Positions 16,377-24,353 of a stretch of 24,902 bases of DNA are shown here, one piece after another. Source of the DNA: a virus (Duplodnaviria > Caudoviricetes); the IMG/VR virus record IMGVR_UViG_3300010148_000105, positions 1 to 24,902 of that record. One strand, written 5' to 3'. The notes beneath the pieces were generated by a model. That model saw nothing but the letters and a program-made list of their open reading frames with translations. It made no database searches and was not told the origin of the DNA. Both the position numbers and the translations under genes were made by a program. The first letter of the stretch is position 1, and each line of letters begins with the position of its first letter.

Positions 16377-16722
16377 AAGCGCCCTTATTATTTTTAGCCT
16401 GTATATATTCATTATATACTATTTCTAAACGCCTTATACAGCTAATAGATAAAATAATGAACTGGTACTCAGTAAAGCCATTAAAAACTAAATACTCTTT
16501 TATACACCCCCATGGTATAGTGCCATTTACACCACTGCTTGAATGTAGCTCATAAAAAGCAGTTATTATAAAATTACTAAATGCGGTATCTACTAAACCA
16601 GAATCTTTAGAAATATCATTTCTTATAATACCCCTAGCTTCTAGCTGTGCGCGTATATTAGCATCCCTATCTTTATTTAGGATGTTTTCAAACTCAATAG
16701 CTACCGCTTCAATTACTTTTTT
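16366..16722 (-). CDS. Tail assembly chaperone T segment, expressed as a ~254-aa G-T fusion by -1 frameshift
   Basis: The -1 frame is open from the slippery site to TAA 16368-16366 with no ATG: KKVIEAVAIEFENILNKDRDANIRAQLEARG...AFYELHSSSGVNGTIPWGCIKEYLVFNGF...CIRRLEIVYNEYIQAKNNKGACDK*. The AF.EL...G.IPW..I..Y motif is typical of these chaperones. Confidence 0.85.
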   Translation of the reverse strand, partial: KKVIEAVAIEFENILNKDRDANIRAQLEARGIIRNDISKDSGLVDTAFSNFIITAFYELHSSSGVNGTIPWGCIKEYLVFNGFTEYQFIILSISCIRRLEIVYNEYIQAKNNKGACDK

Positions 16723-17129
16723 TCATCATCAACTACATAAGTAAAGTTCTTAGGATTAGCTGCTGCGGTCATTAATTCAGCCACTAAGTCTGGGAACCTG
16801 CCTAATTGTTCTTTAGCTGTTTTAACCGTAAAGTCTACAGGTTTACCATCATTGTCTATAACTCCAGACCAAGATACAAGCAAACTATCAACTAAAACAT
16901 CCAGTTCTAATTTTTGGTTAAACTCTATGATTTTACGCTCTTTTTCTTTTTCGGACAATTTATTGGCTTTATCTTGCAATATTACTGAATGTTTGGCCGT
17001 AGAAGCTATAAAAGCTTCATTTGCTCTGCCTGCGAATTTAAGTGTGAATGTCACTCCATGCTTTTCATAATCGTAGGTATTGCTTTTACCTTTATTATTC
17101 ACATAAAATTTATCTAAATTAGTTATCAT
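16713..17129 (-). CDS. Tail assembly chaperone (lambda G analogue)
   Basis: Directly downstream of the tail tube. AGRAN..F and LLVSWSGV.D..GK.V.F motifs. Ends in a slippery sequence. SD GGAG. Confidence 0.88.
   Translation of the reverse strand: MITNLDKFYVNNKGKSNTYDYEKHGVTFTLKFAGRANEAFIASTAKHSVILQDKANKLSEKEKERKIIEFNQKLELDVLVDSLLVSWSGVIDNDGKPVDFTVKTAKEQLGRFPDLVAELMTAAANPKNFTYVVDDEKK
16716..16722 (-). promoter_or_regulatory. Programmed -1 ribosomal frameshift slippery heptamer A AAA AAG
   Basis: Minus strand GAT GAA AAA AAG TAA at the end of the G ORF, with the X XXY YYZ pattern in the correct phase. Confidence 0.85.
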
Positions 17130-17162
17130 AATATAAGTCTCTCCAATTATATTAGTTGTTGG

Positions 17163-18683
17163 TTAATAAGTGCTTATTTTAGACATTGACATAGTATAAC
17201 CTTTATTAGGTTCTTTTAATGCTTGGAACCCATACTCTGCTGTCACGTCCGCATTAACCCCACTTACATCTGGTGCACCGCTAGATATTTTGATCCGTGG
17301 GCAGTCGTTTATATGGTAACGTGTACCAAGATTATACATCACCCTTAAACTGGTATCCGTATTGTTAGCTAGTAGTTCAAGGATTGATTGATCTTGGAAA
17401 TAAGTTTCAACGCTACCCGACACATCAAACTGCCCTACACCCACACCTACATAAGGTAAGCTACCAATAGCATTTTGTCCACGTAGATTGTTTTTTATAC
17501 TAAAATCTACTTTCAGAGCGAGGTTTATGCCGCCAGTATTAGCTCCACCTGATATATCAACATCGTTAAGCTCTAAATAATTTATATTATTTACGGTATT
17601 AAATGGAGTCGTACTAAAAGCATCAACATCAGTGGATCCAGTAACTCTAGTATTACCGAATACAACCCCAAGCCCCATAAAATTAAAGCTACCAGTGGTT
17701 ACCGCTTGTTTTTCGTTTGATAACTGGAACTCGTTAATACGCATACCTGTAAAACGTTCATAAACTATAGGATTATGGTCTTGGTATGACCTTTCTAAGG
17801 TATAGCTAATCTCGGTAGTGCCATTTTGTATATAAGCATCATAAAATATTGCTATTTCTTTTGAACCACCATTAGCGTCTGCTACCCATCCTGCGGGAAC
17901 CTTATCTAAATAAATTACATTCGTAGCAGTAGATTCTACCCTAGCAAAACCATTATCCGCCGTTGTATCAAACCCATCATTTGCAACATTACTAACACTT
18001 CCTATTTTTATCCATTGTCCCGCGCTTATTCCAAGTGTGGTCATATCCGTTGACGCACTTGTAAGCGTATTCGGAGAGACTGTAGCCTGCAGCACGTCCG
18101 AAAAGATAAAACCACACTGGAACACCCTAGATTTTTCAGTAGCGTATATGTTTTCTACTGTTTTACCGTTTAGTACCGTAAATTCATAAAAATTGTTAGA
18201 TGCGTCAAAGGTGCTTCCTGTTATTTTAGCTATCGCTCCGCTAAAATCTTCACCTACACCATCAAAAAACACTATACTAGAGTCCGCAAATATAGCAGAG
18301 GTAACTGCAGTATTGCAGTTAAGTTTACCCGTCGAATCTGTAACTTTTTCAATATCTACCAAAGGCAAAGTAGTAGATAGATCATTACGGTGTATTGTTC
18401 TATTCCATCTATTGAACATCGCTCCCTCAAGTAAATCATCATAGGAGTCCATAGAAAATTCTATATTAGCTCCGCCAGCCGCTTCTGCCCCTGTTAAAAA
18501 CTGATCACTTATCTGCCTATCTGGTATAATCTCTTTAGAGGTATCAGTAGTATACTCAAATTTTAAATCGCTAGACCCAGTGTATCGTATAGTTTTATAT
18601 ACTGGGTCTGTCGGAGTAGTCCCCGTTATACTCTCCTCTACATACGATAATCCAACCCTATTTGTATCTGCATTTAACGCCAT
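17163..18683 (-). CDS. Major tail tube protein with internal inserted domains
   Basis: YVEE...GTTP..P, SKEI..DRQ, G.F.V.GS..TYF.D motifs. SD AAGGAG. Lies between the terminator and chaperone genes. About 190 central residues appear to be additional to the tube core. Confidence 0.9.
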   Translation of the reverse strand: MALNADTNRVGLSYVEESITGTTPTDPVYKTIRYTGSSDLKFEYTTDTSKEIIPDRQISDQFLTGAEAAGGANIEFSMDSYDDLLEGAMFNRWNRTIHRNDLSTTLPLVDIEKVTDSTGKLNCNTAVTSAIFADSSIVFFDGVGEDFSGAIAKITGSTFDASNNFYEFTVLNGKTVENIYATEKSRVFQCGFIFSDVLQATVSPNTLTSASTDMTTLGISAGQWIKIGSVSNVANDGFDTTADNGFARVESTATNVIYLDKVPAGWVADANGGSKEIAIFYDAYIQNGTTEISYTLERSYQDHNPIVYERFTGMRINEFQLSNEKQAVTTGSFNFMGLGVVFGNTRVTGSTDVDAFSTTPFNTVNNINYLELNDVDISGGANTGGINLALKVDFSIKNNLRGQNAIGSLPYVGVGVGQFDVSGSVETYFQDQSILELLANNTDTSLRVMYNLGTRYHINDCPRIKISSGAPDVSGVNADVTAEYGFQALKEPNKGYTMSMSKISTY

Positions 18684-18709
18684 GTTATGCTCCTTTTGTA
18701 TGTTTTGAT

Positions 18710-19135
18710 TTATGTCCTAACAACGTCATAATAAAACTGTACGCTCATATTAGTTTGATAATACACCCCATTAGTATCTTGGCTTATATTATAACCGTTT
18801 ATCTCTGTGTCACGCAAAGTTATGTAGTTTTCTAATTGAATTTGTGAAAATTTTTCTATAATTAAATTTATATAAGTATCATTATTCATTGTTGAGTTAT
18901 TAGCAACGGTAAATATCTGTATAAATATTATGCCTTTAAACCTAAAGTTCTTTTGCCCTATAGCACTAACACTAGGATTTGTAGCCCTCAAAGATATACG
19001 CACCCAATCTGTATTAAAAGTTATATAATGGTCTATGTTATCGTATGTAATAGGTGTTAGATCATTCCATTCAGAGCTAAAATAAGTAAATACAGTATCC
19101 CTAACATCACTTAAAGACTTATTAAAACTAGCCAT
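18710..19135 (-). CDS. Tail terminator protein
   Basis: I.YDN....P/F...WVR.S......G....R..G...IQIF...YQ.N..V.F.Y pattern. Position just upstream of the tube. Confidence 0.82.
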   Translation of the reverse strand: MASFNKSLSDVRDTVFTYFSSEWNDLTPITYDNIDHYITFNTDWVRISLRATNPSVSAIGQKNFRFKGIIFIQIFTVANNSTMNNDTYINLIIEKFSQIQLENYITLRDTEINGYNISQDTNGVYYQTNMSVQFYYDVVRT

Positions 19136-19821
19136 TATGCACCAACCCTAAGTTTGTAAAGCAAGTCATTCCCCGCTGGACTAATTATTAAAGGTTCATA
19201 CACCTTATACCTTTCTAAAATCTTATAGTTGCCACTGTTAAGTATAAACCCAGTTACATCAAAGTTATTTTTTATTATATAAGAACTACTATTAGCTATT
19301 GTAACGCCATCACTTGTAGTTATATTAACCGCATTAGCATCAGTAGATATTTTACTAAATATTAAAGTAGTAAGATCGCTATTATTACTATTTAATGTTA
19401 TATCTACATCACCTGCTGAGGTATCCACCATATATACGCCGCTAGAAGTTATATCAGTGCTAGAGCTTATGTTTGAACTTGGCAATTCCACTTTGCTAGA
19501 CATCAAAGCATTAAAAGTTAAGATTAAATCATCGGATTGTATATCAGTTAATTGATCTCCTGCTACCAATAACTCCCTATTTATGTTTCCAGTTCTATTA
19601 TCACTAGTGTTTAATAGGTTTTCATCAATAGTTTTACTTACTACTTTTACTGTAGTTGCTGAATAGCTATCTAACTTACCCTTCCAAGGCTGCAACACGT
19701 TTTTATACTCTGTTGACCTAGATAGAACCACTGCATATTGGCCAAAAACATCTATTAGCTCGTTGGCTACCCCCAACATTTCTTGTTCAAAATTAGTAAT
19801 AGCCATTGAATCTATTTCCAT
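19135..19821 (-). CDS. Head closure (stopper) protein carrying an inserted ~98-aa fibre-type beta domain
   Basis: A..LI..FGQ...QPW...LLVAG...D.I, and C-terminal Y.V......PAG..LLYKL.V, flanking an insertion at aa ~105-202. Start may be ATG 19806. Confidence 0.75.
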   Translation of the reverse strand: MEIDSMAITNFEQEMLGVANELIDVFGQYAVVLSRSTEYKNVLQPWKGKLDSYSATTVKVVSKTIDENLLNTSDNRTGNINRELLVAGDQLTDIQSDDLILTFNALMSSKVELPSSNISSSTDITSSGVYMVDTSAGDVDITLNSNNSDLTTLIFSKISTDANAVNITTSDGVTIANSSSYIIKNNFDVTGFILNSGNYKILERYKVYEPLIISPAGNDLLYKLRVGA

Positions 19822-20305
19822 TTAAAAATTCTTTTAGCCAGAAATCAGCATTTGGATAACTAAATACTATTTGCTGACCTATAGTGGTATCGTACTCAAC
19901 CTCAGTAGCTAAAACATCTGCTTTCTGAGACTTCTTTTTAATAACTGGAGTATTTATAGGAGTCTGATTTATAGTTAAGTCTTGGGTTAAGGCTACTAAA
20001 GCATATTCACATTGTGCGTTTTTAACCTTGGTTTGGATACCTGTAAGCTCTTGTCCCCTAGAATTAAAAATACCGTATCTAGGAAACTCAGTATTTTGAG
20101 TATCAGTTGCCTGATATCCTGCAAATTTAAACATGGTATCTATATACTGCCAAGCTTTTATTAAAGCTGAGGTGGTCTGTGTAGTAGTGGCATTAGCCCA
20201 TGTATCATTATTCCTATCAGAAAAATAAATATCAGCGTAAGACGTATCTGTATAGCTATTAGCATTGACTACTGTACCTTGATCATTCTGTAATATTAAC
20301 GCCAT
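19793..20305 (-). CDS. Head-tail adaptor protein (DnaT-like/gp15-type)
   Basis: MAL....G.V.NANSY....AD.YF..R...W, ALIKA..YID..F.G, Q..EFPR, VKNAQCEYAL motifs. SD GGAG. Confidence 0.87.
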   Translation of the reverse strand: MALILQNDQGTVVNANSYTDTSYADIYFSDRNNDTWANATTTQTTSALIKAWQYIDTMFKFAGYQATDTQNTEFPRYGIFNSRGQELTGIQTKVKNAQCEYALVALTQDLTINQTPINTPVIKKKSQKADVLATEVEYDTTIGQQIVFSYPNADFWLKEFLNGNRFNGYY

Positions 20306-20325
20306 TAAATACTCTCCCAGGTAGT

Positions 20326-20387
20326 ACCACTAAAATCTTAGTAGGGTATGTATCTTAGTATACAACTTATACTAAGATTTTAGTAGT
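20326..20387. repeat. Nested inverted repeats (alternative hairpins or operator array)
   Basis: ACTAAAATCTTAGTA (20329-20343) is the perfect inverse of 20370-20384. ATCTTAGTATA (20352-20362) is the perfect inverse of 20368-20378. Confidence 0.85.
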
Positions 20388-20398
20388 TTTTTATAGAT

Positions 20399-20938
20399 TT
20401 ACTGATTAGCTAGTGCGTTATTAAGAACCTCTGCTACATCAGCAAAAGTAGCTTGCACATCAGCCGCGTGAGCTGCTTGAGAGTTTGCATTAGCTGTGTC
20501 TGCATCGATACGTGACTGAGCTTCTGCTGCTAATGCGCTATCAAGAGCTGCTTTTTCTGCATCGTGTTTAGCTTCCAAAGCAGTTAAAGCTGCTTGTCTA
20601 CTATTAACCTCTGCTGCTAACTCAGTATTATGTTTAGCCTCTAAAGCATTTATTGAGGCTTGTAAACTAACTTGTGCTGCGGCTAATTCACTATTGTGTT
20701 TAACTTCTAAAGTAGAAACAATATTCAACACGCTAGTATTATCAGTCTGAGCCTGCGCTAGTATTTCAGTAAGTGAGTCGATTGCAGAAGGATCTGCGTT
20801 ATCCTGTACAAACTGAATTAAGTTTAAGTTAGACTGAATCGCAGCAGCATTATCTTGGTTCTCCAAAATAGATTGGTGGTGTCTAGCATTAAACGCCAAT
20901 GCATCAGTTTTTAATTGATCAAAGTTATATATTGACAT
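20399..20938 (-). CDS. Ala-rich coiled-coil fibre-like protein with 22-aa repeats
   Basis: LEVKHNSELAA / LEAKHNTELAA / LEAKHDAEKAA at aa 77, 99, 121. ADPSAIDSLTEI and E...R..AD motifs seen in phage fibre stalks. SD AAGGAG. Confidence 0.75.
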   Translation of the reverse strand: MSIYNFDQLKTDALAFNARHHQSILENQDNAAAIQSNLNLIQFVQDNADPSAIDSLTEILAQAQTDNTSVLNIVSTLEVKHNSELAAAQVSLQASINALEAKHNTELAAEVNSRQAALTALEAKHDAEKAALDSALAAEAQSRIDADTANANSQAAHAADVQATFADVAEVLNNALANQ

Positions 20939-20994
20939 AATTTATTCTCCTTAATATAGTTATACTCTATTGTTAGCATTAAACCATTTTAATG

Positions 20995-21228
20995 TTAACC
21001 TTGCTTAAACCCTTTAGACATAACATCAAATGTATTAGAGTTAAATTCTTCTATTTCCTTAAACCTATCTTCAATATCCTGTTCATCTTGATCATAAGTT
21101 ATTACAAGCGTATTAAGCTCAGACTCTTCCGAAGTAACTACTATAGGGCTATCCAGTTCACTTATAAGGACATACACTGGCAAATCTTCTATATGCACCT
21201 GTAGGTTAGTTACAATATCAGCGCTCAT
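20995..21228 (-). CDS. Small acidic hypothetical protein
   Basis: 77-aa ORF with an ATGA overlap with the upstream gene. E/D-rich. Confidence 0.65.
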   Translation of the reverse strand: MSADIVTNLQVHIEDLPVYVLISELDSPIVVTSEESELNTLVITYDQDEQDIEDRFKEIEEFNSNTFDVMSKGFKQG

Positions 21229-21593
21229 GATGTTATGCTTCCTTGTATCTCTAATCTTAGATCAAATAGATTTATAGTAGTTTCGTCATCGAAAGTAAAT
21301 ATTATATCCCCAGTTATGATTCCTTCTTTAAGTTCATACCCCCTAGCAGTGCTTATTTGTATCTCAAACTTACCTTGAGATGCATCTAGTATGTTGATAC
21401 CGTCGTGCAAACTAAGCTCTAACTCTATGCTGTCCGAACTACCACGTTTAAACTGCATTTTTGCAGATACTACTGTGCTTAGGTCTTTATATGATATTAC
21501 CTTACTTATATTATCTCTATATGAATACCCCCAGAATAAAACACATCTAAAAGTAGATCCATGTTTTAGTATTGCTTTTTTCACTCTACTCAT
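21225..21593 (-). CDS. Virion structural protein, BppU-N-like beta-sandwich adaptor
   Basis: GSTF...DLS...SAKMQ.K......LELS...GI.I.D...GKFEI.IS......L......D pattern seen in phage fibre-attachment proteins. SD GGAG. Confidence 0.6.
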   Translation of the reverse strand: MSRVKKAILKHGSTFRCVLFWGYSYRDNISKVISYKDLSTVVSAKMQFKRGSSDSIELELSLHDGINILDASQGKFEIQISTARGYELKEGIITGDIIFTFDDETTINLFDLRLEIQGSITS

Positions 21594-21597
21594 ACAA

Positions 21598-22263
21598 TCA
21601 ACTACTCCATAACTCTATGCTATGTATGCGTCTTACTATATTATAGGTCTTATTTATACCATTTATAAAGAAAAATCTACCGCCAAAAGGTTCAGTTATC
21701 TGGGATTTAGATATACCACACACACCATTTATTAACTTCCCATCATTATTAGATATAGTACACTGCATGCCATTTTCATCTGAAATGCCCTCGAATATAA
21801 GCTGGCTATGTATCCCAGTATTCACCTCCCCCACACCAATACTAGAATTAATATAACCTCCATTGCTAAAAAAGGTTAGCTGCCCTGCCTCAGTATCTTC
21901 TTGTTTCTTTTCATTAAAATAGGTAGTATACGCCCCATCAAAACCTGAATACCCTCCATAATGTAATGCCCATGCAGATAGCCTATCTTTTATTGGGGTT
22001 GAATTACACATGCACCCTATAGCAAGCCCATCACCCCAATTGTTGCCGTCTGCAGCGTAATAACTAACGGAGACTCTATACCTAAATGAACTCTGCTTTA
22101 CGTCACTTTGGAAGTGTACATAGTTAGACCCAGTAGCTTTAGAATTTAACTCTATACAATAGTTACTATAATCCCATCGTACACTATCACCTATAAAATT
22201 TATACCCATTAAATCAGGGCTTATACTTGAGTTGCCAAACCAGCTTAAAATCTTCTGCTCCAT
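21598..22263 (-). CDS. L-type (legume/ConA-like) lectin-fold protein
   Basis: F.GD......IELN, SFRYRVS......GDGLAIG (cf. GADGxAF), and terminal F..G......RRIHSI strand order match the L-type lectin fold. SD GAGG. Confidence 0.55.
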   Translation of the reverse strand: MEQKILSWFGNSSISPDLMGINFIGDSVRWDYSNYCIELNSKATGSNYVHFQSDVKQSSFRYRVSVSYYAADGNNWGDGLAIGCMCNSTPIKDRLSAWALHYGGYSGFDGAYTTYFNEKKQEDTEAGQLTFFSNGGYINSSIGVGEVNTGIHSQLIFEGISDENGMQCTISNNDGKLINGVCGISKSQITEPFGGRFFFINGINKTYNIVRRIHSIELWSS

Positions 22264-22288
22264 AATTGGCCTCTTGAAATAGTTAATA

Positions 22289-22942
22289 TTAAATATCTAT
22301 CGCATATGAGTTATGCGATAGAGATATCCTAGTTGCATCTTCTAGGGTAACTGTCATTCCAAGTTCTGATGTAACCTCAAGATTATATCCATGACCAGTA
22401 CCTAAAGGAGAAGGTAGGCTAGCGGAATCCGCTATAGTTATAAACTCAGCATCGAAAAACCCAGAATTTTTATTTTCTAGTAAGGATATAGTTTTATTCC
22501 TTTGAAACCCAGATATTGAATTATAAAGTCTTACAGCAATATCGCAAGTCTGGTTGTTAGGTTTACCTGAGAATGTAAACTGAAACCGCCATACATGGGA
22601 CTGTCCAAGTGCAGCATTCTCTAAAAAAGAATTATTAGTGAAGTCGCAAATTAGGTTATCGCTACTCGTGCCTACCATCTGTGGCCAAGTTGTTGTAGGA
22701 AAGCTTGAAAAACTTAAAGGACTAGTATAGCTAAATATCTGTGAGGTATCAGCGGTTAAGGCATAACTGGGCTTTACCCCATTGCCATTGTTTATCTTTA
22801 CTTGCCCAACCTCACGTTTTAGCCATAACTCTAAGTTCTTAGCTTCCATCTTCTTAGACTCACTAGCAGAAGTATCCTCTATGAATAATAAGTCATCTTC
22901 CGCTAATTCAGTTAAAGCCGCCCTAGTATTAATAGTGGCCAT
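22289..22942 (-). CDS. Putative virion appendage protein
   Basis: N-terminal I....ALTELAEDDLLFIED.S...SKKM...NL motif common at the start of phage fibre proteins, then a beta-rich domain. Confidence 0.65.
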   Translation of the reverse strand: MATINTRAALTELAEDDLLFIEDTSASESKKMEAKNLELWLKREVGQVKINNGNGVKPSYALTADTSQIFSYTSPLSFSSFPTTTWPQMVGTSSDNLICDFTNNSFLENAALGQSHVWRFQFTFSGKPNNQTCDIAVRLYNSISGFQRNKTISLLENKNSGFFDAEFITIADSASLPSPLGTGHGYNLEVTSELGMTVTLEDATRISLSHNSYAIDI

Positions 22943-22945
22943 ATG

Positions 22946-24352
22946 TTACCCCGCTACTCTGTTTATAATTATAACAGTGCCGTTAGTGTCAAAACTAAAA
23001 CCTGCGTCACCTGCTTTGTTTTTCAGCGTTATGTTTTTAGCATTTGCTGAGGTGTTAACAAAAGCAGTTGATGTAGTATCCACAGACTTATCCCCACCAT
23101 TAGCCCCTAGGGTACCAATACTACCAATATATGCACTGCCATCATGGAACTGAAAGTCTGATGTTCCAGTTTGTGTTATATCTGGCTTAACCAAAGCTTT
23201 CAGCTCGAACATTCCGCCTTTAGCTAAAGATATAACATCATTAGCCACGGAAATACCTGCTGTAGAGCGGTATTGATGATCTCCGACACTATTGAAACTA
23301 TAATCTGCATCTATGGCAGGTACAGTTGAAGAAGCAAAAGGTTCAACCATTGCGTACTCATACTCATTAGGGTCTGTAGCATTGATTATATTAGTTATAG
23401 TATCTTGGTAGGCTAAAACCTCAACATCTAAATACATTGACATCGCAGACCTACTTTGCCAATCTACGGCATCATTCACTGTTGATTTATAGAATACCGA
23501 TATTTTATCCCCCGCATTAACTTGCATAGGGTTAAAATGCGCATGGGCAACATCACCAGTGCTTGCTGCAGGTGCTTGGAATATGTGGTTGTTGCCTGTA
23601 AATGTGCCGTTAACTGCTAATTCAAAACTCCAATCGCCATCCCAATCATGGTTTGCTAACATAAAACTAACTTTTATATATCCATCCTCAGCAATTGTTA
23701 TTTCACCGTTTGCTGAATCTGCTGTTAGTCCTAGTGCTGTATTATTGGCGTACCCCACCATCTTTTGAAAACTAGTAGTCGAGCCTGTGGGTTCTGTATC
23801 AGTGCCTAGTGAGAACAGCCTCGCAAAACTAGGTGTGCCGTTTATTGTATTAACTGTGTTTGTAACAGTTCCTAATGAATGTATAGATAAGTTAGGCTGC
23901 CTAGAATCTATTGTACACTGTATTGCAGTAGGGTTCCCTGAGTACATCTCTAAAATAAAAGCGTCATCATCGTTTACAACCTCTATAATTCCACCTAGAG
24001 TAACGTCTTTTGTAGTAGCCCCCCCTATGCCAGAAGCAAAACCGTCGGCTTGGACATAGCTATTAGTAGTTATGTTTTTTAACCTTATGTCCCCGCCACC
24101 TGCGTTAGGCACATTTAGGGGTATAAAAGCCAATACAAGGTAAAACCCTTTTTTTAATTTAAAAGACCCATTTGTAGCAATATCCGAGCCATCTATATCA
24201 CTCCCATTTGAATAGAGAGTGGTATCGAACTTTATGGCATTTCCCTGAACCCATGCTTGGTTTACGGTAGTCTCATAACTAAAATGCGCAAGAGACGCTG
24301 CTGCTGCAGATCCTCCACCTTGTGACACCCCTGAAAAAGTTTTTATAGGCAT
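22946..24352 (-). CDS. Protein with three tandem C1q/TNF/BclA-CTD-like jelly-roll domains (468 aa)
   Basis: Three ~150-aa units with ...IKFDTTLYSNG...NGSFKLKKGFYLV, ...ANGEITIAEDGYIKVSF and ...NDVISLAKGGMFELKA, joined by TVTNTVNTIN / TITNIINAT linkers. Start placed at ATG 24352 (AAGGAG SD) rather than 24403. Confidence 0.65.
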   Translation of the reverse strand: MPIKTFSGVSQGGGSAAAASLAHFSYETTVNQAWVQGNAIKFDTTLYSNGSDIDGSDIATNGSFKLKKGFYLVLAFIPLNVPNAGGGDIRLKNITTNSYVQADGFASGIGGATTKDVTLGGIIEVVNDDDAFILEMYSGNPTAIQCTIDSRQPNLSIHSLGTVTNTVNTINGTPSFARLFSLGTDTEPTGSTTSFQKMVGYANNTALGLTADSANGEITIAEDGYIKVSFMLANHDWDGDWSFELAVNGTFTGNNHIFQAPAASTGDVAHAHFNPMQVNAGDKISVFYKSTVNDAVDWQSRSAMSMYLDVEVLAYQDTITNIINATDPNEYEYAMVEPFASSTVPAIDADYSFNSVGDHQYRSTAGISVANDVISLAKGGMFELKALVKPDITQTGTSDFQFHDGSAYIGSIGTLGANGGDKSVDTTSTAFVNTSANAKNITLKNKAGDAGFSFDTNGTVIIINRVAG

Positions 24353-24353
24353 A

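Noticed and set aside
16377-16412. Track start at 16412 for the gp10-like gene
   Set aside because: It would overlap the T frame by 47 bp without an SD. GTG 16376 has an AAGGG SD and a typical short overlap. The choice is not certain.
5711-23153. Short + strand track ORFs within the structural operon (e.g. 6070-6474, 7252-7551, 14059-14412, 14941-15300, 16370-16555, 22782-23153)
   Set aside because: All lie antisense to well-supported phage structural genes and show no recognisable motifs or SD sites.
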